A DNA stretch of 64,000 nucleotides from an uncultured Chlamydiae bacterium (lineage in GTDB: Bacteria > Chlamydiota > Chlamydiia > Chlamydiales > JAJFMB01). The stretch is taken from the NCBI GenBank assembly GCA_963696295.1, contig CAVOJR010000001.1, positions 640,001 to 704,000 of the forward strand. Reading direction: 5' to 3'. Numbering within the stretch: the stretch's first letter is position 1; the number at the start of each line of letters is the position of its first letter. Positions 30,245 to 39,232 of the stretch are shown here, piece by piece. Under the pieces are notes generated by a model that made no database searches, was not told where the DNA came from, and worked only from the letters and a program-made list of their open reading frames with translations. The position numbers and the translations under genes were made by a program.

Positions 30245-30362
30245 CTGATTTGCAAAATATGAGGAATTCGAAATCCTCTGCGGTAAGCATTCCAGCGATT
30301 GAAGGAGTTTCGTTGACCGGTTGCATGTCTTATGAGGCCGGTCTGACCAGCCTCCTGTCAAA

Positions 30363-31913
30363 TCAGCCTAACTGAGAATTCTCCAGCTGGCTCGCCGCAA
30401 TGACTTCGAGGCGGCGCCTCAAATAGATCGCGAACGCTACCGCCAAATACCCTATTCCCGCCACTAAGAGCAAGGCCGTCACGCCATACAATCCAATGAC
30501 GACATAACCGACTAGAGATAAGGATGCCGCTAATATACAGTAGGGGAGCTGAGTTAGCACATGGTCCATGTGGACGCAGCCGGCGCCGATGGAAGATAAG
30601 ATGGAAGTATCCGATATCGGCGAGCTGTGATCGCCAAAAACCGCGCCCCCGAGCACCGCTCCGAACAACAAAGGTAAATAGGTTACGTCCTCGATGACAG
30701 CGATCTCCGCGACAATCGGAATGAGCAGAGAAAAGGTCGCCCAGCTCGTACCGGTTGAGAATGACATGATGGCTGCCACGATAAAGACAATGGCAGGCAG
30801 CAACTGGATGGAGACTTCCCACTTATGGATGAGGCTGCAAATAAAGAGGCCAGCTTCCAGATGATGGATCACTCCGGCAAGCGCCCAGGAGAAATACAAA
30901 ATCACAATCGCCGGCCGCATCATCTTGAAGCCTTCACTACAGTGAGGAATGAAGCTGCTGATTTTCATAGGGTTATAATAAAGCGCTGTGGCGACAGACG
31001 CCAGGGCTCCCATCACAAGGGAGGGGCCGATTCTTGTGTTTTTTAAGATTTCCAAAACCGAAAAAGTGGGGACCTCGCAGGAGAGATAGCCAGTAAAAAA
31101 CATCGAAAAGATGGAGCCGAATGTGAGGACGGCAATAGGCAGGATAACGCTATTTGCGTTGACACTGGATTCCTTTGTCACCTGCTTCTCGACCTTGTTT
31201 TTCATCGCCTCTAATTCGTGTTTTCTCATCAGGGGAAAATCAAAATTGGTCAGCGCGACGATTAAGATAAGAATGATGGTGAAAATCGCATAGAAATTAT
31301 ACGGCGCCGATTGGGCAAAAAGGGCGAAGCCATCCACTCCTGGAATGGAGAGGTTATTGATCGTGGAATCCATTAACACCACAATCGTTGCCCCCCAGCT
31401 GGAAATAGGCATCAGAACGCAGACAGGACCTGCTGTCGAATCGAGAAAATAGGCCAGTTTCGCTCTAGAAATACCCGTCCGGTCCGCCAGGGATTGCGTG
31501 ACGCTTCCCACCGCGAGGCAGTTGAAAAAGTCATCGATAAAAATAACAAATCCTAAGAGGCAAATAGAAAACTGCGCGTTCCTTTTTGTTTTGATCCGCT
31601 TCGTGAGAATATCTGCCAAGGCCTCAAGGCTGCCGGCAGAGGTGAGAAGGGATGTGAGAATACCCAACAGCCACAAAAACATGAAGATAGACAGGTTATC
31701 CCAGCGCATTTGACCATCCTTGACAAAGACGCCGGCCAGATAGGAAAATAGCGCGCCGAAAGTATCTAAATTGATCCCTTTTGCGGTAATGATCGAACCC
31801 ACCACCACCCCAAGAACCAGCGAAAAGGCCGCTTTCCGGCTAATGATAGCGATTGTGATCGTAATAAGCGGAGGCAGAATACTTAACCACTGCTGCTCAA
31901 AAAACTGTTCCAT
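30363..31913 (-). CDS. NhaC-family Na+/H+ antiporter-like transporter (possible amino-acid transporter)
   Basis: WLSILPP, FIDDFFN, DSTAGPVC, FSTGTSW, FGDHSSPISDT. Confidence 0.88.
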   Translation of the reverse strand: MEQFFEQQWLSILPPLITITIAIISRKAAFSLVLGVVVGSIITAKGINLDTFGALFSYLAGVFVKDGQMRWDNLSIFMFLWLLGILTSLLTSAGSLEALADILTKRIKTKRNAQFSICLLGFVIFIDDFFNCLAVGSVTQSLADRTGISRAKLAYFLDSTAGPVCVLMPISSWGATIVVLMDSTINNLSIPGVDGFALFAQSAPYNFYAIFTIILILIVALTNFDFPLMRKHELEAMKNKVEKQVTKESSVNANSVILPIAVLTFGSIFSMFFTGYLSCEVPTFSVLEILKNTRIGPSLVMGALASVATALYYNPMKISSFIPHCSEGFKMMRPAIVILYFSWALAGVIHHLEAGLFICSLIHKWEVSIQLLPAIVFIVAAIMSFSTGTSWATFSLLIPIVAEIAVIEDVTYLPLLFGAVLGGAVFGDHSSPISDTSILSSIGAGCVHMDHVLTQLPYCILAASLSLVGYVVIGLYGVTALLLVAGIGYLAVAFAIYLRRRLEVIAASQLENSQLG

Positions 31914-31930
31914 GCTCGATTTCCTTAATT

Positions 31931-32773
31931 TTAAGCGATTAACATCAATCCCAAAAGAATTAATCCTCCGCCGCAAGTGGCTAAAGGACTGAGAAACTCT
32001 CCAAACACAATAAAGGCCAGCAAGACCGTAAAAAGAGGATCGCTCATTTCAAGGACTTGCACTTTGCTGGCTTCGGCAATATTCAGGGCTTTTGAAGTGA
32101 AATAAAAACCCGCGATCGTCGGCAATATAGCCAGCGGAATCAGATAGATGAATCCCGTCCAGGGAAATTTCAGAGTAATATCGCAAAACGGCAAGGGGCA
32201 AAGAAGAAACAGGCATCCAAATCCCATGAGCCACCACAAAAACCCAAAGCTCGTTTTCAGATTATACTTTCTAGCCATAACGAGAAATACCGAATACCCG
32301 ATGCCTCCGATCAGCGCATAAATAATACCCTGCAGGTACTCCTTAGAGGGTAATTCCCCCGCGATCAGCAAGCCTCCGGAAGCGACGACTGTCATTCCCA
32401 TCATTTTTTTAGCCGTAATTTTCTCTTTCAGCAAAAAATAGCTGAGAAAAATGGTCACAATACCCGAAGAATAAACCGTAAATGAGACGGTGGGAATCGG
32501 AGCTATGCTGAAGGCTTTCGTTTCAAAGAAATAAAGCAGAAAAATGCCCCAAAAAGCCAGGAAAGCGAGCTTTAGTTTTTTATCCTTGAGGACTTTTACC
32601 TGCTCCCTTAGATGAGGTTTTGACACGCAAAGCGCCGAGAGAATGATAAAGGCAAAGAGGCACTTAAAAAAGGCAATCTGATAAAAATCCAATTGCCTCA
32701 GGCCCAACCGGCTGATAATCCCGATGCTGGAATTACACATCGCAGCCAAAAGAGCGTAGAAATAGCCTACCAT
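31931..32773 (-). CDS. EamA/DMT family transporter
   Basis: About 10 TM helices, LLKEKIT, SDPLFTVLLAFIVFGE; start inferred. Confidence 0.85.
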   Translation of the reverse strand: MVGYFYALLAAMCNSSIGIISRLGLRQLDFYQIAFFKCLFAFIILSALCVSKPHLREQVKVLKDKKLKLAFLAFWGIFLLYFFETKAFSIAPIPTVSFTVYSSGIVTIFLSYFLLKEKITAKKMMGMTVVASGGLLIAGELPSKEYLQGIIYALIGGIGYSVFLVMARKYNLKTSFGFLWWLMGFGCLFLLCPLPFCDITLKFPWTGFIYLIPLAILPTIAGFYFTSKALNIAEASKVQVLEMSDPLFTVLLAFIVFGEFLSPLATCGGGLILLGLMLIA

Positions 32774-32801
32774 CTCTTGGCGCTTAGATGCCGCCGTTAG
32801 T

Positions 32802-33839
32802 CTATTTAACAACAATGTTGCTGTATTCACTCTTCCTCAAATGTACGGATTTTCTCAAATCATCAAGTGTCAGCACCCTTTCCAGCCAACGGTCTTTGCC
32901 GTCGTAATTGGCTTTAAAGGAGCCCCTGCCATGAGCCAGGCGATGGTTGTTAATCAAAATGATATGGCCTTGCTCCAGAACAACTCCGGTGTTCGCTTCT
33001 TCAATCACCTCGATAATATAATCAAAGGCTCTTTTCGCCTCAGGAGAAAGCCCCGACACATCCATAATTTCAGGATCTATCCTCAAGTAGGGAGATTCAT
33101 AGCGTCCGTAAAGAATGGAAATATATTTCGTCTGGTTATATTCGGAAAACGATTGATCCAGCTCATTTTCGATCTTGATTTGCGTGTAGGTCAATTGGGT
33201 ATGCGACTCATCCGGGACGATGGGAAATTGCTGTTTGAACAATTCCACCTTGTATTCATCGGGGATTAAAGACAAGTCCACCGGAAATACTTTCGTCGGC
33301 GTTTTACTGAAATTGCGCATGCACATCAGGGTGAAATAGTCTGCCTGGCATACGTGGAAGGGATCTTCGGTGTGGAAGCGCAATCCACCGATAGAGCCGA
33401 ACCCCTGCTGTTTCTCTTCAAAACCCGCTATCGGCAGCACGTCGCTGATGAGTGAGCCGTTTTGCTGCGTTTGCCACCCATAGGGCTGGCCGGCGCAAGA
33501 GGCGATCAAATAGTTGACAAACTGCAAAAGCCTGGTGTAGTCATTTTTGGGTTTGCACCAGTGTTCGGGAGTGGGTCCCAGCTTTTCATCATCGATTCCG
33601 ATCCCCTTGATCAGGAAGCAGTCATAGGGACGTATTTTGAAGGAAAATAGAAAGGAGCGAAGCGAAAAGGGAAGTCTTAGGGAATAGTTAAAGTAGTCGA
33701 GGTTGAAATCGGGATTGTTGACATTTCCATATTTATTAAAAGCCTCTTGAGAAACTTCGAATATTTTTCCGATCTCATCGTCGGACAGTTGGTATGTTTT
33801 GGACTCTAGATCTCTTTTTAACGATACAGCAGTGGCCAT
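32802..33839 (-). CDS. Clavaminate-synthase-like Fe(II)/2OG amino-acid hydroxylase (VioC/GntB-like)
   Basis: GPTPEHW, YGWQTQQNG, FHTEDPFH (HxE), NNHRLAHGR, YDGKDRWLER; AGGAGG RBS. Confidence 0.88.
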   Translation of the reverse strand: MATAVSLKRDLESKTYQLSDDEIGKIFEVSQEAFNKYGNVNNPDFNLDYFNYSLRLPFSLRSFLFSFKIRPYDCFLIKGIGIDDEKLGPTPEHWCKPKNDYTRLLQFVNYLIASCAGQPYGWQTQQNGSLISDVLPIAGFEEKQQGFGSIGGLRFHTEDPFHVCQADYFTLMCMRNFSKTPTKVFPVDLSLIPDEYKVELFKQQFPIVPDESHTQLTYTQIKIENELDQSFSEYNQTKYISILYGRYESPYLRIDPEIMDVSGLSPEAKRAFDYIIEVIEEANTGVVLEQGHIILINNHRLAHGRGSFKANYDGKDRWLERVLTLDDLRKSVHLRKSEYSNIVVK

Positions 33840-33877
33840 AAGCCCTCCTAAAGCCGTTTAAGGAAATAATTCGATTA

Positions 33878-33907
33878 AATTTAAAATTAAACGGGCATTA
33901 TTGTCAA
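33878..33907 (-). promoter_or_regulatory. Putative sigma70-type promoter of the hydroxylase operon
   Basis: TTGACA-N18-TAAATT on the - strand. Confidence 0.45.
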
Positions 33908-33943
33908 ACGAAAACGGCTTCAGGATAGGATGTCAGAGGATTA

Positions 33944-34492
33944 TCATTGAAAGTCTTTTGACAAATACTTGGACTCGATCCAGCAACAAGTCTTTTTCCC
34001 GTCCCTGTGAGTGAGTTCGACCTTTGCTTCATGCGGATAGTGTTCGCTGTTCATCTCCACAATTTTGCCCGTATTTTCCGTGTAGGCAGCGCCTACAAAA
34101 ACGATATCGCCCACTTTAAACCCTCTTTGGACAATCGTTTCAGCACCCTTGTACAGCACGCCATCATCGACGAGTTCTCGTTGCGAATAAGCCGCAGAGT
34201 AATCTCTGGCACTGAATACGGGAGATTCCGTATCTTTTGATAAAAATTCGGAATTAATCCAGCTTTTGGAAATCCTATCCTTATGAGTGAGCTCGATTTC
34301 TGCCTGATGGGGATAGAAGTCATTCAAAGTGACAATTTTGCCCATTCTTTCGCTGTAGTCGCCGCCCACGAAAACGATATCGCCCACTTTAAACCCTCTT
34401 TCAACAAGCGTCTCTGTTCCCCGATAAAGGACGCCGCCTGTAGCGGCAGTAATTGAGCAGTCGTGAATTTTAGTAATACTTTGAGCATTCAT
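33944..34492 (-). CDS. Protein made of two tandem KOW/SH3-like repeats (91-aa period)
   Basis: Two copies of GVLY.G.ET.V.RGFKVGDIVFVG..Y.E..GKIV; identical 31-nt DNA at 34098-34128 and 34371-34401. Confidence 0.7.
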   Translation of the reverse strand: MNAQSITKIHDCSITAATGGVLYRGTETLVERGFKVGDIVFVGGDYSERMGKIVTLNDFYPHQAEIELTHKDRISKSWINSEFLSKDTESPVFSARDYSAAYSQRELVDDGVLYKGAETIVQRGFKVGDIVFVGAAYTENTGKIVEMNSEHYPHEAKVELTHRDGKKTCCWIESKYLSKDFQ

Positions 34493-34633
34493 AATGATCT
34501 CCTATTTAGTTTGCGATTTTCGAAACAGGAAAAAAGATAGCAAAGTGGGATTACCTTTTCAAGGGGTCATTTTTTTCACCTTTACAGATTATAAACCCTG
34601 AGCGATAATCTTTGCTAAACTAAAGGAGAAATT

Positions 34634-34930
34634 ATGCAGATTCAACCTAATTATCAACTGGTATACCAAACTTTAAATTCTCTTGCAGCATCCACTCTGC
34701 CTAGAAAGAGCAAAGCGGAGGCTATCTGCCGTCTGGCCCAGACTATGGGAAATAATTCCACGGAAAAATTGCAGAAAATAATTGATGAACACACCATCTG
34801 CCGGACCTATGAAGACAAAAAAGTGCATCAATGGGCCATGCAATTTCTTAATGGCTTGCTGGCTATTCAATTAAAATTAGAGAGCAAGATAAACAACCGA
34901 TATTCAGCACTCAATGAGGTAGACTGCTAA
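34634..34930 (+). CDS. Hypothetical protein
   Basis: 98-aa ORF with AAGGAG RBS; stop codon is the last triplet of the CIRCE. Confidence 0.6.
   Translation: MQIQPNYQLVYQTLNSLAASTLPRKSKAEAICRLAQTMGNNSTEKLQKIIDEHTICRTYEDKKVHQWAMQFLNGLLAIQLKLESKINNRYSALNEVDC
34904..34930 (+). promoter_or_regulatory. CIRCE operator (HrcA site)
   Basis: TCAGCACTC-N9-GACTGCTAA versus consensus TTAGCACTC-N9-GAGTGCTAA, directly upstream of hrcA. Confidence 0.9.
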
Positions 34931-34935
34931 ATTTC

Positions 34936-34965
34936 TTGACCGATTGATGGGTTTTTTGCTATATT
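34936..34965 (+). promoter_or_regulatory. hrcA-grpE-dnaK promoter
   Basis: TTGACC-N18-TATATT with TGn extension, adjacent to the CIRCE. Confidence 0.7.
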
Positions 34966-34987
34966 ATTGGTAGACAAAGGAAAAAAT

Positions 34988-36148
34988 ATGCAAAAAAACC
35001 CAACTGCAGAGGGAAAGAGGGGAGGCAAACAGGCCCGCGAACATAGCGTCCTGATCGGCCTGATCGAATACTATATCGAGACGGGCAAACCGGTGGGTTC
35101 CAACACTTTAAAAGAGTGCGGCTTTGAGGACTTAAGCTCCGCTACCATCCGCAATTACTTCGCCAATCTCGAAAAAAAGGGGCTTCTAACCCAAGCCCAC
35201 TCCTCGGGCGGCCGGATTCCCACAGACAGAGCTTTCCGCCTTTATGGCCATGAAATTTTAGAAACTGACACCTTTTTGCCGGAAATCGGAGAAGCGGAAG
35301 AATCGCGCGAAATTGCGGCCTTTCTGCAGGAATCGGCCGAAAAATTGTGCCATCTCACCGGCTACCCCGTCTTTCTCTCCGCCCCCAGATTCGACCACGA
35401 CTTTGTCGCCGATGTGAAACTGGTGCCGATCAATATTAACCGCTGCTTATGCGTCCTCATCACCGATTTTGGGGTCATCAAAACCGAAATCATCCATCTG
35501 GACCAAAAGCTGACTACCTTTTTCACAAAAAAAATGGAAGGGTATTTTCACTTCCGGCTGACCGGACATGACAAGCCGGAAAACCTGACGACTGAAGAGG
35601 AGCAAACCGGACAGCGCCTGTATAATGAGGTCATGGTGCGCTATATCGTGGGTTACTCCAATTTTATCGATGAGGAGCTCTACCGCACCGGTTTTTCCAA
35701 GCTGCTGAACTATCCCGAATACCATGATACGACTCTATTGGCAAGCTCCCTCGCTCTCTTCGAAAACAGCCATGCCTTACGCCTGATGATCAGGGAGACC
35801 ATGAAAAAGAATACTTTAAACTTCTGGATCTCAGACGACCTCAACAGATTTACCTCGGAAACCCCCGATTGCACCATTATTGCCTTGCCCTACGCGATCA
35901 ATCATCAGCCGGCCGGAGCCATCGGCATCATGGGACCGACTCGCCTGCCTTACAAAAAAGTCTTTTCCCTGGTGAAGGCCATGGCAGGGCATATCAGCCA
36001 AACATTAACCAAAAGCGTGTACAAATTCAAAATAACCTTCCGTCAACCTCACGAGGGAACCCTCTATCTGCAGCAGGAAGAGCGAAAAATGCTCGGCCAA
36101 TCCCGTATGACGTTGCTGGAAGACAAAAGGAGGAAAAATAATGACTGA
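34988..36148 (+). CDS. hrcA: Heat-inducible transcription repressor HrcA
   Basis: YIETGKPVGS, SSATIRN, HSSGGRIPT, GIMGPTRL. Confidence 0.95.
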   Translation: MQKNPTAEGKRGGKQAREHSVLIGLIEYYIETGKPVGSNTLKECGFEDLSSATIRNYFANLEKKGLLTQAHSSGGRIPTDRAFRLYGHEILETDTFLPEIGEAEESREIAAFLQESAEKLCHLTGYPVFLSAPRFDHDFVADVKLVPININRCLCVLITDFGVIKTEIIHLDQKLTTFFTKKMEGYFHFRLTGHDKPENLTTEEEQTGQRLYNEVMVRYIVGYSNFIDEELYRTGFSKLLNYPEYHDTTLLASSLALFENSHALRLMIRETMKKNTLNFWISDDLNRFTSETPDCTIIALPYAINHQPAGAIGIMGPTRLPYKKVFSLVKAMAGHISQTLTKSVYKFKITFRQPHEGTLYLQQEERKMLGQSRMTLLEDKRRKNND

Positions 36149-36695
36149 AGAGGGTCAAGAAGAGAACGAGATCGAAGCTGCCCCGACCATGAGCGTCGGC
36201 GAAATCGAGCTGGAAAACTTAAGACGCGAATCGCAAGACTATAAAGACAAGTATTTGCGCACTTTGGCAGAATCGGAAAACTTACGGAAGCGCCTGCAAA
36301 AAGAGCGGCAGGAACTGATCCAATACGCCATTCAAAATATTGTCGTAGACATTTTGAATCCTTTGGATCACATGGAAAAGGCATTATCCTTTTCCGAAAG
36401 CATGCCCCCTGAAGTGAAAAACTGGGTGCAAGGCTTTCAGATGATTCTGACGCAATTTAAAGACGCGTTAAACAATCACGGAATCCGGGCATACGATTCC
36501 AAGGGGCACCATTTTGACCCCCATTATCATGAAGCCATTGAAATGATCGTCACTGAGGAATACCCGCCGGGTACCATCATTGAAGAGAACGTCAAAGGTT
36601 ATAAACTCGGCGATAAACCCATTCGTCCGGCCCGGGTTAAAGTGGCGAAAGCCCCTAATAAAGAAGAAATACAAGTTAATAATGAAAAGGAGTGA
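36141..36695 (+). CDS. grpE: Nucleotide exchange factor GrpE
   Basis: [33 protein letters not shown]. Confidence 0.95.
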   Translation: MTEEGQEENEIEAAPTMSVGEIELENLRRESQDYKDKYLRTLAESENLRKRLQKERQELIQYAIQNIVVDILNPLDHMEKALSFSESMPPEVKNWVQGFQMILTQFKDALNNHGIRAYDSKGHHFDPHYHEAIEMIVTEEYPPGTIIEENVKGYKLGDKPIRPARVKVAKAPNKEEIQVNNEKE

Positions 36696-36699
36696 TGTT

Positions 36700-38641
36700 A
36701 TGGAGAAAAAAAGTAAAAAAATCATCGGCATTGACCTCGGAACGACAAACTCCTGCGTTGCGGTGATGGAAGGCGGTTCGCCTAAAGTCATCGCATCGCA
36801 GAAGGGTCGCGCACAACCCCTTCTGTCGTCGCTTTCAAAGGCAATGAGCGGCTCGTCGGCATCCCCGCCAAACGGCAAGCGGTCACCAATCCGGACAAAC
36901 ACCATCTCTATCTTCCAAGCGCTTCATCGGCCGCAAGTACTCGGAAGTCGCAGTCTGAAATCAAAACGGTCCCCTATAAGGTGACCAAAAACAGCAACGG
37001 CGATGCCGTCTTTGAAGTCAAGGCAAAATCGTATACACCCGAAGAGATCGCCGCGCAAATCCTGATCAAAATGAAAGAGACGGCCGAAGCCTATCTCGGA
37101 GAAAAAGTCACCGAAGCGGTCATCACCGTTCCCGCTTACTTCAACGACTCGCAAAGGCAGTCGACAAAAGATGCCGGAAGAATTGCCGGTCTCGATGTCA
37201 AACGGATCATCCCCGAACCCACCGCGGCAGCCCTGGCCTACGGCCTGGATAAACAGCAAACCGACAAGAAAATCGCCGTTTTCGACTTCGGCGGCGGTAC
37301 ATTCGATATCTCCATCCTCGAAATCGGCGACGGCGTCTTCGAAGTGCTCTCGACAAACGGCGACACCCACCTTGGCGGCGACGACTTCGACAACGCGATC
37401 CTGAAATGGATGCTCGACGACATTCAAAAAAGAGCAACGGCATCGATCTGAGTCAAAGATAAAATGGCTCTGCAGCGTCTGCGCGATGCGGCCGAAAAAG
37501 CCAAAATCGAGCTTTCCGGCACCCATTCGACCGAGATCAACCAGCCGTTCATCACGATGGATGCCTCAGGCCCAAAACACTTGGCGCTGACACTGACCCG
37601 TGCCAAACTGGAGAGCCTGACGCACGATCTGATCGAGAGAACGCAGGAGCCTTGCCTAAAAGCCTTGAAAGATGCCGGCCTCAGCAAGAGACGACATCGG
37701 CGAAGTGATCCTCGTCGGCGGTATGACCCGTATGCCTGCCGTCCAGGAGATGGTAAAAGAGATCTTCGGCAAAGAGAGCCGCATAAAGGGGTCAACCCCG
37801 ATGAAGTCGTCGCCGTCGGCGCTGCTATTCAAGGGCGGAGTTCTCAGCGGAACCGTCAAAGACGTGCTTCTCCTCGACGTCATCCCGTTAACCTTGGGTA
37901 TCGAGACCATGGGCGGCGTGATGACTCCGCTCGTCGAGCGCAACACGACGATCCCGACCCAGAAGAAGCAAGTCTTCTCTACTGCTGCCGACAACCAGCC
38001 TGCCGTGACCATCCGCGTCCTCCAAGGGGAGCGCAAAATGGCCAATGACAACAAAGAGATCGGCCGTTTCGACCTGGCAGACATCCCTCCGTCTCCGCGC
38101 GGCATGCCGCAGATCGAAGTAGCCTTCGACATCGATGCCGACGGGATCCTGCACGTCTCCGCCAAAGACATGCTCAACCGGAAAAGAGCAGAAAATCCGC
38201 ATCGAAGCCCAATCCGGCTTAAACGAAGAGGAGATCAAACGGATGGTGCAGGATGCTGAATTGCACGCCGAAGAGGACAAAAGCGCAAAGAAGAGGAAGT
38301 CGAAGTGCGCAACGAAGCCGACTCTCTGCCTTCCGCGCTGAGAAGTCCTTGAACGAGTATAAGGACAAACTGCCAAAAGAGGTCGTACGAAGACGTTTTG
38401 GGCAAAGTCGAGAATGTCAAAAAGGCTCTTCAGCAGCAATGATCTGGCCCGCATCCGCCAGGCCAAGAAAGAGCTTGAGGAGCATATGCAGCATATCGGC
38501 GAGGCAATGGCCAAAGGCGCTCAAGCCAGCGCCAAGCCAAGTCCGGAAGCCGCTCCGCACGGCCATCATGAGAAGGCCTCTGCAGGCGAGAACAACAACA
38601 TTGAAGAAGCCGAAGTCGAAATCATCGACGACGACAAATAG
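36700..38641 (+). CDS. dnaK: Chaperone DnaK, broken by about 15 small indels (probable sequence artefact)
   Basis: [56 protein letters not shown] found in changing frames. Confidence 0.92.
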
Positions 38642-38650
38642 ACAAATCCG

Positions 38651-38674
38651 GGCGAGGAGAGCTCTCTCCTCGCC
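38651..38674. terminator. Hairpin after dnaK
   Basis: GGCGAGGAGA-GCTC-TCTCCTCGCC perfect 10-bp stem; weak U tract. Confidence 0.55.
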
Positions 38675-38875
38675 TCATCTAATTAAAAGCCTTTTTGCGA
38701 CTGGATCGATGGCGCGTCTTTTACGTATTGTGCAAGAGTTGTACTGCGGAGCGCAAAAACTAAGTTCCAGACAATAGCTATTTTTACCTGAAACACGATT
38801 TGCTGGATTTTGCTGAGGGCCGACAGGTCATTGACGATTGAACCAAATTCCGTCTCGGCGAGCAATCATCATGAT

Positions 38876-39232
38876 TTAGCAGCAGCGCTTACCTTTGTTT
38901 ACCCGGTAACAGGCAAACTTGCCGGTCCCATCGCTTTCACACATAAATCCGCACGCCTCAAAAAAAGGAACGCATGAGCTCGTTACGTAAGCTTTGAGCA
39001 TCGGCGAAAGCACACAGCCGGTGATATGCTCGATTAAATGGCGGGCAATATGCCGGCCGCGATAGGCGGGATCTACGGTGACATGAAAAATCTCACCCGT
39101 AGTCGCATCGAAATTGATACAACCCACAACCCGGTCATCGCGAAGAGCCACACAGAGGGAACGGGCTTTATCAAAGCTACCTTTTATCTGGCTTAAGTCA
39201 TGCCGTTCAGGGGAATAGGACTCAATTTTCAT
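38876..39232 (-). CDS. GNAT family acetyltransferase
   Basis: VTVDPAYRGRHIAR, PFFEACGF. Confidence 0.8.
   Translation of the reverse strand: MKIESYSPERHDLSQIKGSFDKARSLCVALRDDRVVGCINFDATTGEIFHVTVDPAYRGRHIARHLIEHITGCVLSPMLKAYVTSSCVPFFEACGFMCESDGTGKFACYRVNKGKRCC

Noticed and set aside
36064..38777. dnaK fragments as separate genes or programmed frameshifting
   Set aside because: Too many shifts, no slippery-site pattern, and the fragments join into one ordinary DnaK.
38683..38865. 60-aa ORF or repeat between dnaK and the GNAT gene
   Set aside because: No motif and only weak self-complementarity.
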